A DNA stretch of 64,000 nucleotides from an uncultured delta proteobacterium (lineage in GTDB: Bacteria > Myxococcota_A > Polyangia > Fen-1088), in contig CAVWIP010000018.1 of NCBI GenBank assembly GCA_963755125.1, forward strand, positions 1 to 64,000, in the 5' to 3' direction. Under the pieces are notes generated by a model. That model did no database searches. It was not told the DNA's origin and saw nothing but the letters and a program-made list of their open reading frames with translations. Made by a program: the position numbers and the translations under genes. Positions 31,816 through 42,053 of this stretch are shown here, in pieces (the first letter of the stretch is position 1; every line of letters begins with the position of its first letter).

Positions 31816-33654
31816 TCACTGACCGACGTAGACAATCTCCATCACGCAGTCGCGTCGGTCACAGCGAAAATCCAGACGCAGCCGTCGACCTTCGTCGTCG
31901 ACCAGGAACCAGGGCTCGGCCGGGCACGCACCGGATCGACCGCCCGGCTCGCGCGGGCAGAAGCCCATCTCGTACTTGATGCAGAGGCGGGCGGTCATCA
32001 CCTTGCGGCCGCGCATGTCGAGGCCGCTCTCGGCCGCCGGTTCGATGCGTTCCACGCCGTGGCGCCGATAGAAAGCGGCCGCCTTCTGGTTGAGCACGTT
32101 GCCCAGAAACGATAGTTCCTGCTCCGAAAAATACGCGTGGTTGGGCGCGTGCGCGACCGTGCGCACTGGTCGCAGGCGGGCGCGCTGCCGGCGCAGATCT
32201 TCGACCAGACCACGGCGCAAGCCGTTGAGCGCGGCCAACGGCAGATGCGGCATGTGAAGCAGGTCGATGTCCACACCCGACGCACGGAACTCGCTTGCGC
32301 CCAGCTTGCCGAGCTGTCGTTCGAGCACCGCGCGCGCCTGCACGGGCTTGTCCGCCCACACCTGCGCGCAGTCGATTTCGTGGCTGGCCGACACTCCGTC
32401 CTCGTCGGTGGCCTCCAGGCGAAATCCCGCTGCGCTTCCTGCCAGCCGCAGATGCACGGCGATCCGGCGCTGGTTCTTGCTGCGCAAGACCTGATTGACG
32501 AAGGCGTGGTCGTGATTGCGAAACACACGCAGGCCACGCTCGATGCCGCCCAATTTTTCGGGAAAGACGGCCGCCCCGTCGATCTGGTTGACTACGGTGC
32601 CGTGCAATTCCCGGTCGCGGCCAAAGAAACTGATGCCATCGCCACTGTGTAAAGGCGCCACCGCTTCGAGGGCGAACGAATCGCGGCGCACGCTGACCAC
32701 GCGCCCCAGCGGCTCGCCCACGTGCTTGGGCGAATCCGGCGACGCCACGGGAGCGCCGCGGCCGTGCAAGAAGTACGTTGTGTAGCCGCGATTGAAGGTC
32801 TTGTCCGGATCGGACACGAACCCCAGTGTGGTCTTGCCCGACGACGCGCGCTGGCCCCCAACCTCCGCCAGCAGGGCGTCCAGCTTCTGCCGGTAGTGTC
32901 CCACCGCATTCATCACGTAGGCCTTGTTCTTCAGGCGTCCCTCTATCTTGAAGGAGGTGACACCGGCCTCGATCAGCGCGCGCAGATGGTCGGTCAGGTT
33001 CAGATCGCACAGCGAGAGCAGGTGTTTGTCATGCACCAGCGTCGCGCCGGCCGCATCTTGCAAGGAATACAGGCGGCGACAGGGCTGGGCGCACTGGCCG
33101 CGATTTCCGCTGCGGCCACCGAGCGCGTAGCTCAGGCTGCACTGCCCGCTCATGCTCACGCACAAGGCGCCGTGGATGAAGACCTCCAGCTCGATCCCGG
33201 TGGCGGCTCGGATGGTGCGAATCTGATTGATATCCAACTCGCGGGCCAGGATGGCGCGCGAGAAGCCGACCGTCTCCAGAAAGGCCACCCGCTCGGCAGT
33301 GTGGTTGTGCATCTGCGTGCTCGCGATGAGCGGCAGGGGCGGCAGATCGCATTCCAGCAGGCCGACGTCCTGAATGATGAGCGCGTCCACGCCGGCCTGA
33401 TGAAGCTGCCGACACAGGCGCTCGGCCTCGGCCAGCTCGTCGTCGCGCAGAAGGGTATTGACCGTCGCATACACGCGCGCCCACACCCGGTGCGCGTACG
33501 CGGCCAGTTTCTCGATGTCCGCCATGCCGTTGCCCGCTGCCTCGCGCGCGCCAAAACGCGGCCCACCCACGTACACCGCATCGGCGCCGCAATCGATGGC
33601 CGCCTGACCGCATTCCAGATCCTTGGCAGGCGCGAGAAGTTCGAGAGCAGGCAT
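31816..33654 (-). CDS. U32 peptidase family protein with DUF3656, RlhA-like (rRNA hydroxylation)
   Basis: ELLAPA, GADAVYVG, HGALCVSMSGQC, NRGQCAQPCR and SFKIEGRLK motifs. Confidence 0.9.
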   Translation of the reverse strand: MPALELLAPAKDLECGQAAIDCGADAVYVGGPRFGAREAAGNGMADIEKLAAYAHRVWARVYATVNTLLRDDELAEAERLCRQLHQAGVDALIIQDVGLLECDLPPLPLIASTQMHNHTAERVAFLETVGFSRAILARELDINQIRTIRAATGIELEVFIHGALCVSMSGQCSLSYALGGRSGNRGQCAQPCRRLYSLQDAAGATLVHDKHLLSLCDLNLTDHLRALIEAGVTSFKIEGRLKNKAYVMNAVGHYRQKLDALLAEVGGQRASSGKTTLGFVSDPDKTFNRGYTTYFLHGRGAPVASPDSPKHVGEPLGRVVSVRRDSFALEAVAPLHSGDGISFFGRDRELHGTVVNQIDGAAVFPEKLGGIERGLRVFRNHDHAFVNQVLRSKNQRRIAVHLRLAGSAAGFRLEATDEDGVSASHEIDCAQVWADKPVQARAVLERQLGKLGASEFRASGVDIDLLHMPHLPLAALNGLRRGLVEDLRRQRARLRPVRTVAHAPNHAYFSEQELSFLGNVLNQKAAAFYRRHGVERIEPAAESGLDMRGRKVMTARLCIKYEMGFCPREPGGRSGACPAEPWFLVDDEGRRLRLDFRCDRRDCVMEIVYVGQ

Positions 33655-33743
33655 GGGCGGCAGGTCGGCGTTCCCCGGGCGAGAAACCGTGATTTCAATT
33701 CGTCCATTCTGCGCAGGACGGACCGCCGTCGCCAGTGCTCTTG

Positions 33744-35114
33744 TCAGCGGGTGCCGACCGATTGTCGGCTCGCGAGCTGCTTGGGCGGCTGGCGGCGCAC
33801 GGTGACGTCGAATACGTTGCCCTTCTGCGGGCACCAAGCCAGGCTGGAAAGACCGCTGTGCCGAGGCTTGGCCAAAGCGGGCGTGTCCCGCGCCGTCTTC
33901 TTCATCTCGTGCAGAGCCTCGAAGGGGATCTCATTGTGCATGGTCGGGTTCCACAGCAAGAAGCCGTCGGCGCCGGCGCGTTCGGTCGCGCGCAACTCGC
34001 TGCTCACGAAGTCGGGCCCCCAGAAGTCCTCGATGCTGTTGGCGTAGGCCTGCAGGTACGGTCGCAGCACGATCCCGGGCGCCTTGGCACGCGCGCGCCG
34101 CAGGCCACACTCGATGACGTAGACCACTTCCGGAGTGACCCGCTGATTGCGAAAATACGTGCCCATTCCGTTGGCGTACATCATGGGCGAGACAGCCTCG
34201 ACGTATTTCGCGATGGTCTCGATGGTCTGGCCGAGGGTGCGCGGATCGCCGTCAACCAGCGTGGTCAAGCCATACAGGTCCGCCGAGATGGGGATACCGA
34301 GCGCGCGATCAGCCCTTTCCAGGAAGCCAGCGATGACGCTGGAGCGGTCCACGTTACGCTGGCCCTGGTGCAGCCATGTGGCCAGCGTGCCCGCGTGTCC
34401 CTTGGGAAAGCGCACGTAATCGAACTGGACCTCGTCGAAACCGAAGCCCTGCAATTCGAGCGCGATGTCGATGAGATAGTCCTGCACTTCCGGGGAATAG
34501 GCGTCTAGCCATTTGGCGCCGGCCGAGAACAACCGCTGCGCCCGGCGCCCCGAGCGCACCGCCAGGTCGGGTCGGGCCAAGGGCAGACGACTGTCCTTGA
34601 ACGAGACCACGCGGCCGATGACATAGATCCCTTGCTGGTGAAAGGCGCGCACCATGGCCGCGGGATCCTGGATGAGGACATAGCGTTGCTTTTCGCCCAG
34701 CGGGATGCGGGTCGGGTAGGTCAGGTTGCCGTTGTCATCCTTCATGTCGATGACGACTGCGTTGAGGTGCGCCTTGGCGACCGAGGCCGCCGTACGCTCG
34801 GCACCCTTGCTGAAGAGGTACATGGGCGTGATGTACAGACCGCGCGCTTTCCGGCCTGCCTCGCTCATGGGGTCGTCGAGGCCGTGGTCGGGATAGGTTT
34901 TCGCGGTGTACGGCTGCAGCTTGGTATTGAAGGTCTTGTTCACACAGCCGGGCAAGGCGCTCCGCTCGCTGCAGCCAGTGTCGGCGTAGTGGATGCGACT
35001 CGCCGCCTGCGCGGACCGGCTAGCAAGCCCAGCGCTGGCGATCACCGTGGCCACGACGATGACGAGCAACGAGCATCCAGATTTTTTCGGGAACGTGAGG
35101 CAGAACGCGCTCAT
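33744..35114 (-). CDS. Secreted putative glycoside hydrolase (DUF4015-like)
   Basis: NAVVIDMKDDNG, IGRVVSFKD, GFDEVQFDYVRFP, SPMMY and RPYLQA motifs. Confidence 0.85.
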   Translation of the reverse strand: MSAFCLTFPKKSGCSLLVIVVATVIASAGLASRSAQAASRIHYADTGCSERSALPGCVNKTFNTKLQPYTAKTYPDHGLDDPMSEAGRKARGLYITPMYLFSKGAERTAASVAKAHLNAVVIDMKDDNGNLTYPTRIPLGEKQRYVLIQDPAAMVRAFHQQGIYVIGRVVSFKDSRLPLARPDLAVRSGRRAQRLFSAGAKWLDAYSPEVQDYLIDIALELQGFGFDEVQFDYVRFPKGHAGTLATWLHQGQRNVDRSSVIAGFLERADRALGIPISADLYGLTTLVDGDPRTLGQTIETIAKYVEAVSPMMYANGMGTYFRNQRVTPEVVYVIECGLRRARAKAPGIVLRPYLQAYANSIEDFWGPDFVSSELRATERAGADGFLLWNPTMHNEIPFEALHEMKKTARDTPALAKPRHSGLSSLAWCPQKGNVFDVTVRRQPPKQLASRQSVGTR

Positions 35115-35496
35115 GAAGACCTCGTGGCGGGCTCCGCGTTTGTGGATTTAAAAGTTGTAAGCTATCTATCTTGACAATTATGGCACGAAACCCGCCGTGA
35201 CGGAAGGCCAAAGATGCCGAAATGCGCCATCTACCGTCGGGAAAGCGCGCGACGCGGTGGTCCATGGTTGCCGCTGCTAGCGGTGGCTGTCGAAACCGCG
35301 CCTTGACAATGCACTTCGGCATACAATGCCAGGATCGCAACCGCCTGCCGCCTGGCCATCTCGCCCGACGGCAGCGCCCTGTACTCCGGCGCCGAGGACG
35401 GCTCGATCTTCATGTGGTCGTTGCCACGGTAGGCGACCTGCGGTCGTCACGGACACCTTCGAGCGGGCTGGCTCAGATCGCTGTAGACTCCGGGGC

Positions 35497-38400
35497 GTGT
35501 GTGCGGAGGGCCATCCCCAGACCTATGGCGATCGCTTTCGCGTCGAGGGCGAAGCGATCGAGGGCGGCATGGGCCTGGTCTATCGGGCCAAGGATCTGAA
35601 GACTGGCGAGCATGTCGCGCTGAAGGTGGTGGCTGAGCCGCAGGGTACGCAATCCCTGCGTTTCCAACAGGAGGCGATGGTGCTGGCCGACATCGCCCAT
35701 CCGGCTATCGTGCGCTACCTGGCCCACGGTTCCACTGCCCGGGGCGAGCAGTACATGGCGATGGAGTGGCTCGACGGCGAGACACTCGAGGACCGACTGG
35801 CACGCGGGCCGTTGCGCATCTCCGAGACCCTGCAACTCGGTCGCCGCGTGGCCGAGGCCCTGGCCGTGGCGCACAAGCACGGCGTCGTCCACCGCGACAT
35901 CAAGCCGGCCAACGTCTTTCTGCCTGCCGGCGATCCAGCTCAGGCCAAGGTGCTGGATTTCGGCATCGCGCGCCGGCTTTTCGATCCGCACCAGAACCTG
36001 CGCATCACCAGCGCCAACGCCGCCCTGGGCACGCCGCTCTACATGGCGCCCGAGCAGGCGCGCGGGGCCAGCACCGTCGACGGACGCGCTGACATCTTCG
36101 CCCTGGGCTGCGTGCTCTTCGAATGCCTCACCGGCCAGCCGCCCTTTGCCGGGACTTCGCCCACCGCGGTCATGGCCAAAATCTGCCTCGACGATTCGGT
36201 GGATCTGGCCCGCCAGCGGCCGGAAACCCCGGCTGATCTGGTCGCGCTGATCGCGCAAATGCTGGCCAAGGATCCAGCAGAACGTCGTGCAAAGGCCGCC
36301 GAGATCGCGCGCTCTCTCGGTGCCATCGCGGGGCAGTTCATCGGCCGCGACACTGCCAGCGATCTGGCAGCAGTCTACCAGGCCCGCACGCCGACCCCGT
36401 CTCTGGTCGCCACCGGCGAGCAACGAATCCTGGCGGCGATCCTGGTTTCGCGATCAAACCCCGGCGCAGCCGCGCCTGCCGCGCACGATCCCGGCCGGAC
36501 GGCTGACCTGGCCGGAATCCTGGCTGAGCGGCTTGCCGATCCCGAACTCGGCGAAGCCTCCCTCGCCGATTTGCGGAGCGCGATCGCGCCCCATGGCGCG
36601 CGCGTCGAGCGGCTGGGCGGCGGCTCGCTGGTCGTCGCGCTGACCGGCGAGCAGGGCACGCCGCTCGACCAGGCCACCCAGGCTGCGCGCTGTGCCCTGC
36701 GCCTCAAGGCTGCACTGCCTGACGCCAGCCTGGGCATCAGCACCAGCCGCGCCGACATGGCCGGCAAGCTTTCCTTGGGCGACGTCATCGACCAGGCCGG
36801 CCACCTGCTCGCCTTCACCCCGGCCGGCACCATCCACATCGACCCGCTCACCTCCCATCTGCTCGAAACCCGCTTCGAGATCCAGACTCTCCCTGACGGC
36901 GCCTCGCGCCTGCTGTTCGAAAAGGGAATTCGCGAAGCCCCGCGCACCCTGATGGGCAAGCCCGTTCCGTGCTTCGGCCGGGATCGCGAGGTCGGCCTGC
37001 TGGAAGCCCTGTGGGATGAAGCGTGCGACGAGCCCGCGGCGCGCGCGATGCTGATGACCTCGACCGCTGGCGGGGGCAAGTCTCGCGTGCGCCACGAGTT
37101 CTGCGACCGCATCCAGCGCCACGGCCAGCCCTTTACGCTTCTGGTTGGCCGAGGCGATCCCATGCGCGACGCCGCACCTTTCGCTTTACTGGGCCCTGCT
37201 CTGCTTGCAGCAGCGGGCATCACCGGCGGCGAGCCCGAGCCCGTGCAGCGCAAGCGCTTGACCGCGCACGCCTCGCGCTTCTTGCCGGCCAAGGACGCCC
37301 TGCGAATCGCGGCGTTCCTCGGTGAGATGGCCAACCTGCCCTTCCCCGACGAGGATCTGCTGCCCTTGCGTGCGGCCCGGCAGGACCCGCGCTTGATGGC
37401 CGACCAAATGCTCATGTCCTGGCTCGATTGGCTGGAGGCCGAGTGCAATCACCATCCGGTCTTGTTGGTGCTGGAAGACCTGCACTGGGGCGACACGCCC
37501 ACCGTGAACTTCGTGGACGCGGCCCTGCGCGTGCACAACGAGAAACCGTTCATGGTGCTGGCCCTGGCGCGCCCCGAGGTGGACCGGCGTTTTCCAGGAG
37601 TGTGGAAAGAGCGCACCCCGCAAAGGATCAACCTGGCGCCGCTGTCGCCGCGAACAAGTCAACGCATGATCGAGCATGTGGTGGGCAAGATTCCCGAGGA
37701 GAGCAGCCGCTGGATCGTGGATCGCGCGCAGGGCAATCCGTTCTACCTGGAAGAATTGCTGCGCGTGGTGGCCGAAGGAGGCAAGGTCGGCGACGACAGC
37801 AACCTGCCCGACACAGTGCTGGGCATGGTGCAGGCGCGTTTCGACATCTTTGGCCCCGACGCCAAGCTGGTCCTGCGCGCGGGCAGCATCTTTGGCCAAA
37901 CCTTTCGGCCCGCCGGGGTCAAGGCCCTGGTCAACGAAGACCGGCGCAAGGACGTGGACCGCTGGCTGGAGATCCTGACCAAGCGCGAGATTCTTTTTTC
38001 GCGGCCAGCGGCTGACCTGCGCGAGTACGCGTTTCGGCACGCGCTGTTGCGCCAGGCAGCCTACGAGATGCTGCCGCCAGCCGAAAAGAAACTGGGCCAC
38101 CTGCTGGCTGGCGAGTACCTGGAGCAGGCCGGCGAGCGGCAGGGCATCGTGCTGGCCGACCACTTCGAGCGCGCAGGCGAAAAGCCACGCGCCATTCGCT
38201 GGCTGGGCGTGGCCGCCCAGCAAGCGTTGGACGCAGACGACTTGGTGGAAACCCTCGCGCGCATCGAACGCGCCGTGAACCTGGGCGCCACTGGCGAAGC
38301 ATTGTGCGCGATGCGGGTCATCGAATCGCAGGCCAGGTACTGGCATGGCGAATATGTGGAAGCGGAGAGAGCGGCGCGGGAGGCGCTCGTCTCCAGTGAC

Positions 38401-39453
38401 GCGCGAACCAGATTGGGCGCTCTGAGCGCACTCTTCGACGGGCTCGGTCCACAGACCAAGTATGCCGAGATTGCCACGCTATTCCGGGACCTCAAACGAC
38501 CGGCAGCGCCTGAACTGTTGAATCCCTGGCTTGACTGCATGGTCAACGCGACCGCCTACCTCGCTGTCGGTGGCGACAGGGACGTGCGAGGGCGCACGCT
38601 TGCGCTCTTGGAAGAATCGAGAGAGCGGTTGGAGCCGATTCTCGTCGGACGGACCAAGACGATAAAGGCGCAATTGGCGCGCAACAAAGGCAAGCTGGCG
38701 GAAAGTGTCGCGGACTTCAGGCGTGCCGCAGATTACTACGAAAGCATCGGCCACCGGCGGGCCGCTTGTGAGGCTCTTGGAAACCTCGGCAATGCCCTAC
38801 TTGAGCTTGGCCACCTCGAAGAAGCTGAAGCGCGTATGCGACAGGTTCTGGCCACCGCAAACAAGATGGACCTTAAGTATATGGTTGGGGGTAGCCTTCA
38901 GCTCCTGACCAATATCCTCGCGTACCAAGGATCTCTTGCTGAGGCACGAACGATCGGCGCGCAAGCGATTGCCCTGACCAGGGGGCAGAACGATCGGCGG
39001 TTCCAGGGGTACGCGGAGGCATATCTCTCAGTGACCGAGTACTTGGCCGGAGACTACGCGCGTGCTGAGCACTACGCGAGCGCCGCAGTGACGACATGGG
39101 AGACCGCGCCTTCAGTCAGACCCTTCGCAATCGCCCTGCTTGCGCGAGCACTTCTCGCGCAAGGTCGCGAAGCCGAGGCTCTGGTCAGTGCCCGCGATGC
39201 CAACGCGCAACTTGAGAGCCTCGGCGTCGTCGATGACGGCGAGGCGACGATACGTTTGGCGCTTGCTGAGTGCCTGATCGCGACCAGAGACACGGCGCCA
39301 GCCCGGGAGGTTCTGGCGAAGGCCGCCAACCGCATTCTCGCCTCGGCAGAGGCTATTGAGGATCCCGCAAGTCGAGAGTCGTTCCTCACACGTATCCCCG
39401 AGCACCGCCGCATCCTGGAACTCGCCCGCGATCTCGCTGCGTCCAAGAGCTGA
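35497..39453 (+). CDS. Ser/Thr kinase - degenerate cyclase-like - P-loop ATPase (STAND-like) - TPR protein, paralogue 1
   Basis: HRDIKPAN, DFG, YMAPEQ; GGGKSR Walker A, LVLEDLHW Walker B, GNPFYLEE; C-terminal TPRs. Start set by analogy to paralogue 3. Confidence 0.92.
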   Translation: MCAEGHPQTYGDRFRVEGEAIEGGMGLVYRAKDLKTGEHVALKVVAEPQGTQSLRFQQEAMVLADIAHPAIVRYLAHGSTARGEQYMAMEWLDGETLEDRLARGPLRISETLQLGRRVAEALAVAHKHGVVHRDIKPANVFLPAGDPAQAKVLDFGIARRLFDPHQNLRITSANAALGTPLYMAPEQARGASTVDGRADIFALGCVLFECLTGQPPFAGTSPTAVMAKICLDDSVDLARQRPETPADLVALIAQMLAKDPAERRAKAAEIARSLGAIAGQFIGRDTASDLAAVYQARTPTPSLVATGEQRILAAILVSRSNPGAAAPAAHDPGRTADLAGILAERLADPELGEASLADLRSAIAPHGARVERLGGGSLVVALTGEQGTPLDQATQAARCALRLKAALPDASLGISTSRADMAGKLSLGDVIDQAGHLLAFTPAGTIHIDPLTSHLLETRFEIQTLPDGASRLLFEKGIREAPRTLMGKPVPCFGRDREVGLLEALWDEACDEPAARAMLMTSTAGGGKSRVRHEFCDRIQRHGQPFTLLVGRGDPMRDAAPFALLGPALLAAAGITGGEPEPVQRKRLTAHASRFLPAKDALRIAAFLGEMANLPFPDEDLLPLRAARQDPRLMADQMLMSWLDWLEAECNHHPVLLVLEDLHWGDTPTVNFVDAALRVHNEKPFMVLALARPEVDRRFPGVWKERTPQRINLAPLSPRTSQRMIEHVVGKIPEESSRWIVDRAQGNPFYLEELLRVVAEGGKVGDDSNLPDTVLGMVQARFDIFGPDAKLVLRAGSIFGQTFRPAGVKALVNEDRRKDVDRWLEILTKREILFSRPAADLREYAFRHALLRQAAYEMLPPAEKKLGHLLAGEYLEQAGERQGIVLADHFERAGEKPRAIRWLGVAAQQALDADDLVETLARIERAVNLGATGEALCAMRVIESQARYWHGEYVEAERAAREALVSSDARTRLGALSALFDGLGPQTKYAEIATLFRDLKRPAAPELLNPWLDCMVNATAYLAVGGDRDVRGRTLALLEESRERLEPILVGRTKTIKAQLARNKGKLAESVADFRRAADYYESIGHRRAACEALGNLGNALLELGHLEEAEARMRQVLATANKMDLKYMVGGSLQLLTNILAYQGSLAEARTIGAQAIALTRGQNDRRFQGYAEAYLSVTEYLAGDYARAEHYASAAVTTWETAPSVRPFAIALLARALLAQGREAEALVSARDANAQLESLGVVDDGEATIRLALAECLIATRDTAPAREVLAKAANRILASAEAIEDPASRESFLTRIPEHRRILELARDLAASKS

Positions 39454-39493
39454 GGGGTGGCCGGGACCACGTGCCCGGTGGTCGCGCGCGCCG

Positions 39494-40864
39494 CTACCTT
39501 CGGTACTTGTCCATGTCGAAGCCGCCCTGCTGCACCCAACGCCACACCACTGCCCACTGGCGATCCAGCTCGCGCGCGACCTCCGCGATGTTCCCCTTGT
39601 GACGGTCGAGCAGAGCCTCGATCTCGGCCTTTTCCGGCCGGGCACGCGGCGGCCGGCGGCGCAGAACCCGATTCCGCTCGCCGCTCGCCACGCGCTCGCG
39701 CACAACGTGGGGCAGGTCTTCCAGCCGGATGGCGCGGCTTCCTTCGCTGCACAGCACCGCCTCGCGCACCACGCTTTCCAACCCGCGCACGTTCTCTGGC
39801 CAGTCGTGAAGACACAAGGCGAAGAACGCCGCGGTTTCCAGCGATCGCCGCTGACCAAGGAAATGCGCAGCCAGCGTGCCCACATCCTCGCGCCGCTCGC
39901 GCAGCGGCGGCAGCACCACCGGCTCGGCCCCGAAGCGCGCCACCAGATCGCGCCGCAGGCCAGGTGCCTGCGGGCTGGGCGTGAGGCTGGACGTGGCGCC
40001 GATCACGCGCACATCCAGCCGCCGCGCCTCCCGGCCACCCAGCGGCACGTACTCGTGCTCTTGCAGGAAGCGCAGCAGCTTGGCCTGCGCCGGCCCGGGC
40101 ATGTCGCCGATCTCGTCCAGAAACAGGGTTCCGCGCTCCGCCTCTTCGATGAGACCCGGTTTGCTGGCCGCGGCCTGCGAGTGCGCCCCGCGCGCGAAGC
40201 CGAAAAGCTCGCTCTCGACCAGCTCGGTGGGAAGCGCGGCGCAGTTCAATGCCACGAAACGGCCCGGCCGGCCGCTCGCCCGATGCACCGCCCGCGCATA
40301 CACTTCCTTGCCCACCCCCGTCTCGCCAGAAAGCAGGATCGCGTCCCCAGCACGAGCCAGCCGCCGTAGCCGCCTGATCTGCGCGGCCATCCCTCCCGAC
40401 AGGGTCGCCACGAGGCCGAATGGGTGGCCGAGATCCTCCTGAATGGCGGCCAGTGACTCCTCGGACAGCACGCGGACCAGGAGCGCGTGCCCACCCACGA
40501 ACAACAGCGTCCCGTCGTCAATCTTGGTCGGTCCGGAAATCATCCGTCCCTCGACCAGCGTGCCATTCTTGCTGCCCAGGTCCGCCACCTCGAACCCATC
40601 CGGCCGCGTGCGCGACACACGCGCGTGACGCCCCGAAATCCGAGGGTCACGCAGACAGCACGCTGCCACGCCCGCCTGGGCCCGCGGCAGACGTCCGATC
40701 TCGACCGCATGCTCGAAGGGAATCAGGCGGTCGCCACCCGCAATCCCGCCGCCCTCGGCTGCGTCCCCCACGACCACAAGGACCGCCCGGCTGTCGTCCA
40801 ATCGCGGCCGCACGGCAAGCTCCTCGGTGGTACTAGGTGGCTCGATTGGCTGGCGGCCGGACAT
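39494..40864 (-). CDS. FHA-domain sigma54 enhancer-binding protein
   Basis: FHA motifs (IGR, ISGRHA, SKNGT), GETGVGKE, variant GAHSQA loop, WPENVRGL, HTH. Confidence 0.92.
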   Translation of the reverse strand: MSGRQPIEPPSTTEELAVRPRLDDSRAVLVVVGDAAEGGGIAGGDRLIPFEHAVEIGRLPRAQAGVAACCLRDPRISGRHARVSRTRPDGFEVADLGSKNGTLVEGRMISGPTKIDDGTLLFVGGHALLVRVLSEESLAAIQEDLGHPFGLVATLSGGMAAQIRRLRRLARAGDAILLSGETGVGKEVYARAVHRASGRPGRFVALNCAALPTELVESELFGFARGAHSQAAASKPGLIEEAERGTLFLDEIGDMPGPAQAKLLRFLQEHEYVPLGGREARRLDVRVIGATSSLTPSPQAPGLRRDLVARFGAEPVVLPPLRERREDVGTLAAHFLGQRRSLETAAFFALCLHDWPENVRGLESVVREAVLCSEGSRAIRLEDLPHVVRERVASGERNRVLRRRPPRARPEKAEIEALLDRHKGNIAEVARELDRQWAVVWRWVQQGGFDMDKYRR

Positions 40865-40957
40865 GCCGCAAGGATAGTAGCCCAGCCACAAGAAGATAGA
40901 AGTCGAGCCTTCTCGACTGGGCCTCAAGCCGCTCGCTATGACTCGCGGGAGGGTCGA

Positions 40958-40977
40958 GGCGAGTCATATGACTCGCC
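40958..40977. promoter_or_regulatory. Perfect 20-bp palindrome GGCGAGTCATATGACTCGCC, candidate enhancer/operator (half-site at 40937-40946)
   Basis: Read directly; repeated at 41352-41369. Confidence 0.7.
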
Positions 40978-41078
40978 GCCGGAATCCAGAACCGTACGCA
41001 CAACCGCGACTTGCTCAACTGGCCGCGATTTGCACGCCGGTCGCGCTCGACACGCCTCCGCTCGCGGACCGTCCACGT

Positions 41079-41094
41079 TGGGTTCGTAATTTGC
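41079..41094 (+). promoter_or_regulatory. Candidate sigma54 -24/-12 promoter (TGGGTTCGTAATTTGC)
   Basis: GG-N10-GC spacing with TTGC, ~55 bp upstream of a small ORF and ~100 bp downstream of the palindrome. Confidence 0.5.
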
Positions 41095-41147
41095 CCCTGG
41101 TCCCTCCTTGCCTGCCGACCCCAAGCCACCAAAGGAGACCAACCACC

Positions 41148-41327
41148 ATGGGCACATTTGCCATCATCCCGGACGGCACCCAACTGCCGGCAGCCCTCTT
41201 CATTGACCTCGAACATGCGATGGACTGGGGCCTACGTACCTTCGGCACCGATTCATTCAGCATCCGCTGGATCGAGGTGGCCCTGCTCGCGCCAAACGAA
41301 GTGCATAGCCGGGTCGGCATCGCGTGA
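41148..41327 (+). CDS. 59-aa hypothetical protein
   Basis: Strong AAAGGAG RBS; MGTFAIIPDGTQLPAALFIDLEHAMDWGLRTFG... Confidence 0.7.
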   Translation: MGTFAIIPDGTQLPAALFIDLEHAMDWGLRTFGTDSFSIRWIEVALLAPNEVHSRVGIA

Positions 41328-41351
41328 GCCGTGCGAAGACACGGCAATCGC

Positions 41352-41369
41352 GCGAGTCATATGACTCGC
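41352..41369. promoter_or_regulatory. Perfect 18-bp palindrome GCGAGTCATATGACTCGC (second site)
   Basis: Identical core to 40958-40977. Confidence 0.7.
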
Positions 41370-41561
41370 CAGTGGCCGATGATGTGATTCGCGAACCCCG
41401 CCAGCGTACGATTTCGTGTCCCGGCCTATAGGGTCGCGAAAAGACAGTGCAGCCTCCGGCTTCCCGGATGGCCCGAACCTTGCTCGAGCTTGGCCGCGTC
41501 TCGGTCGCCGCCTCGGGCGGCTCCTCACAGAAGAAAGACCTTATCCGAGCGCGTCTAACCA

Positions 41562-42053
41562 ATGGCCAGCCCAAGCGAGATCCTCACAGCCGCCACCGCC
41601 CGCTTCTCCGCGGACGCAGGTCTGAGTGCCCGCGAAAGCCAGATCCTCGAACTGGCCGCGCAGGGCTTCGTCGACAAGCAGATCTCGGACGAGTTAGGAC
41701 TAGCCTACACGACGGTCAAGTCCTATTGGTCCCGTATCTACTCCAAGGCGTCTGTCTCGAATCGGCAACTCGTCATCGCCAGGTTGATTACTTCTCTGGC
41801 GACGACGTCTGATCGCCAATCACTCGCAGAGATAGGTAGCAACACGAAAGGACCGCTCGTCCAGTCCGCCCGCAAGTGTCGTCGGCCGAATGTCATAAGA
41901 ATCGGGGGGACTCAAGCCAAAGCGCTAGCGGCAGAAGTGGCCCCTTCGTCGGCTATCCAGGTAGTCATTCAGCTGGGAGTCTTGACTTTGGTTTCCAACG
42001 CATACGCCGCGACGCTATGCGCACAAACAGGAGGTGTCCAATGGATGCAGTAG
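41562..42053 (+). CDS. Stand-alone LuxR-type HTH regulator (C-terminal tail may be spurious)
   Basis: LSARESQILELAAQG..DKQISDELG..TVKSY..RIYSK motif. Confidence 0.8.
   Translation: MASPSEILTAATARFSADAGLSARESQILELAAQGFVDKQISDELGLAYTTVKSYWSRIYSKASVSNRQLVIARLITSLATTSDRQSLAEIGSNTKGPLVQSARKCRRPNVIRIGGTQAKALAAEVAPSSAIQVVIQLGVLTLVSNAYAATLCAQTGGVQWMQ

Noticed and set aside
41020..41034. Sigma54 promoter TGGCCGCGATTTGCA
   Set aside because: Spacing is GG-N9-GC, not the required N10.
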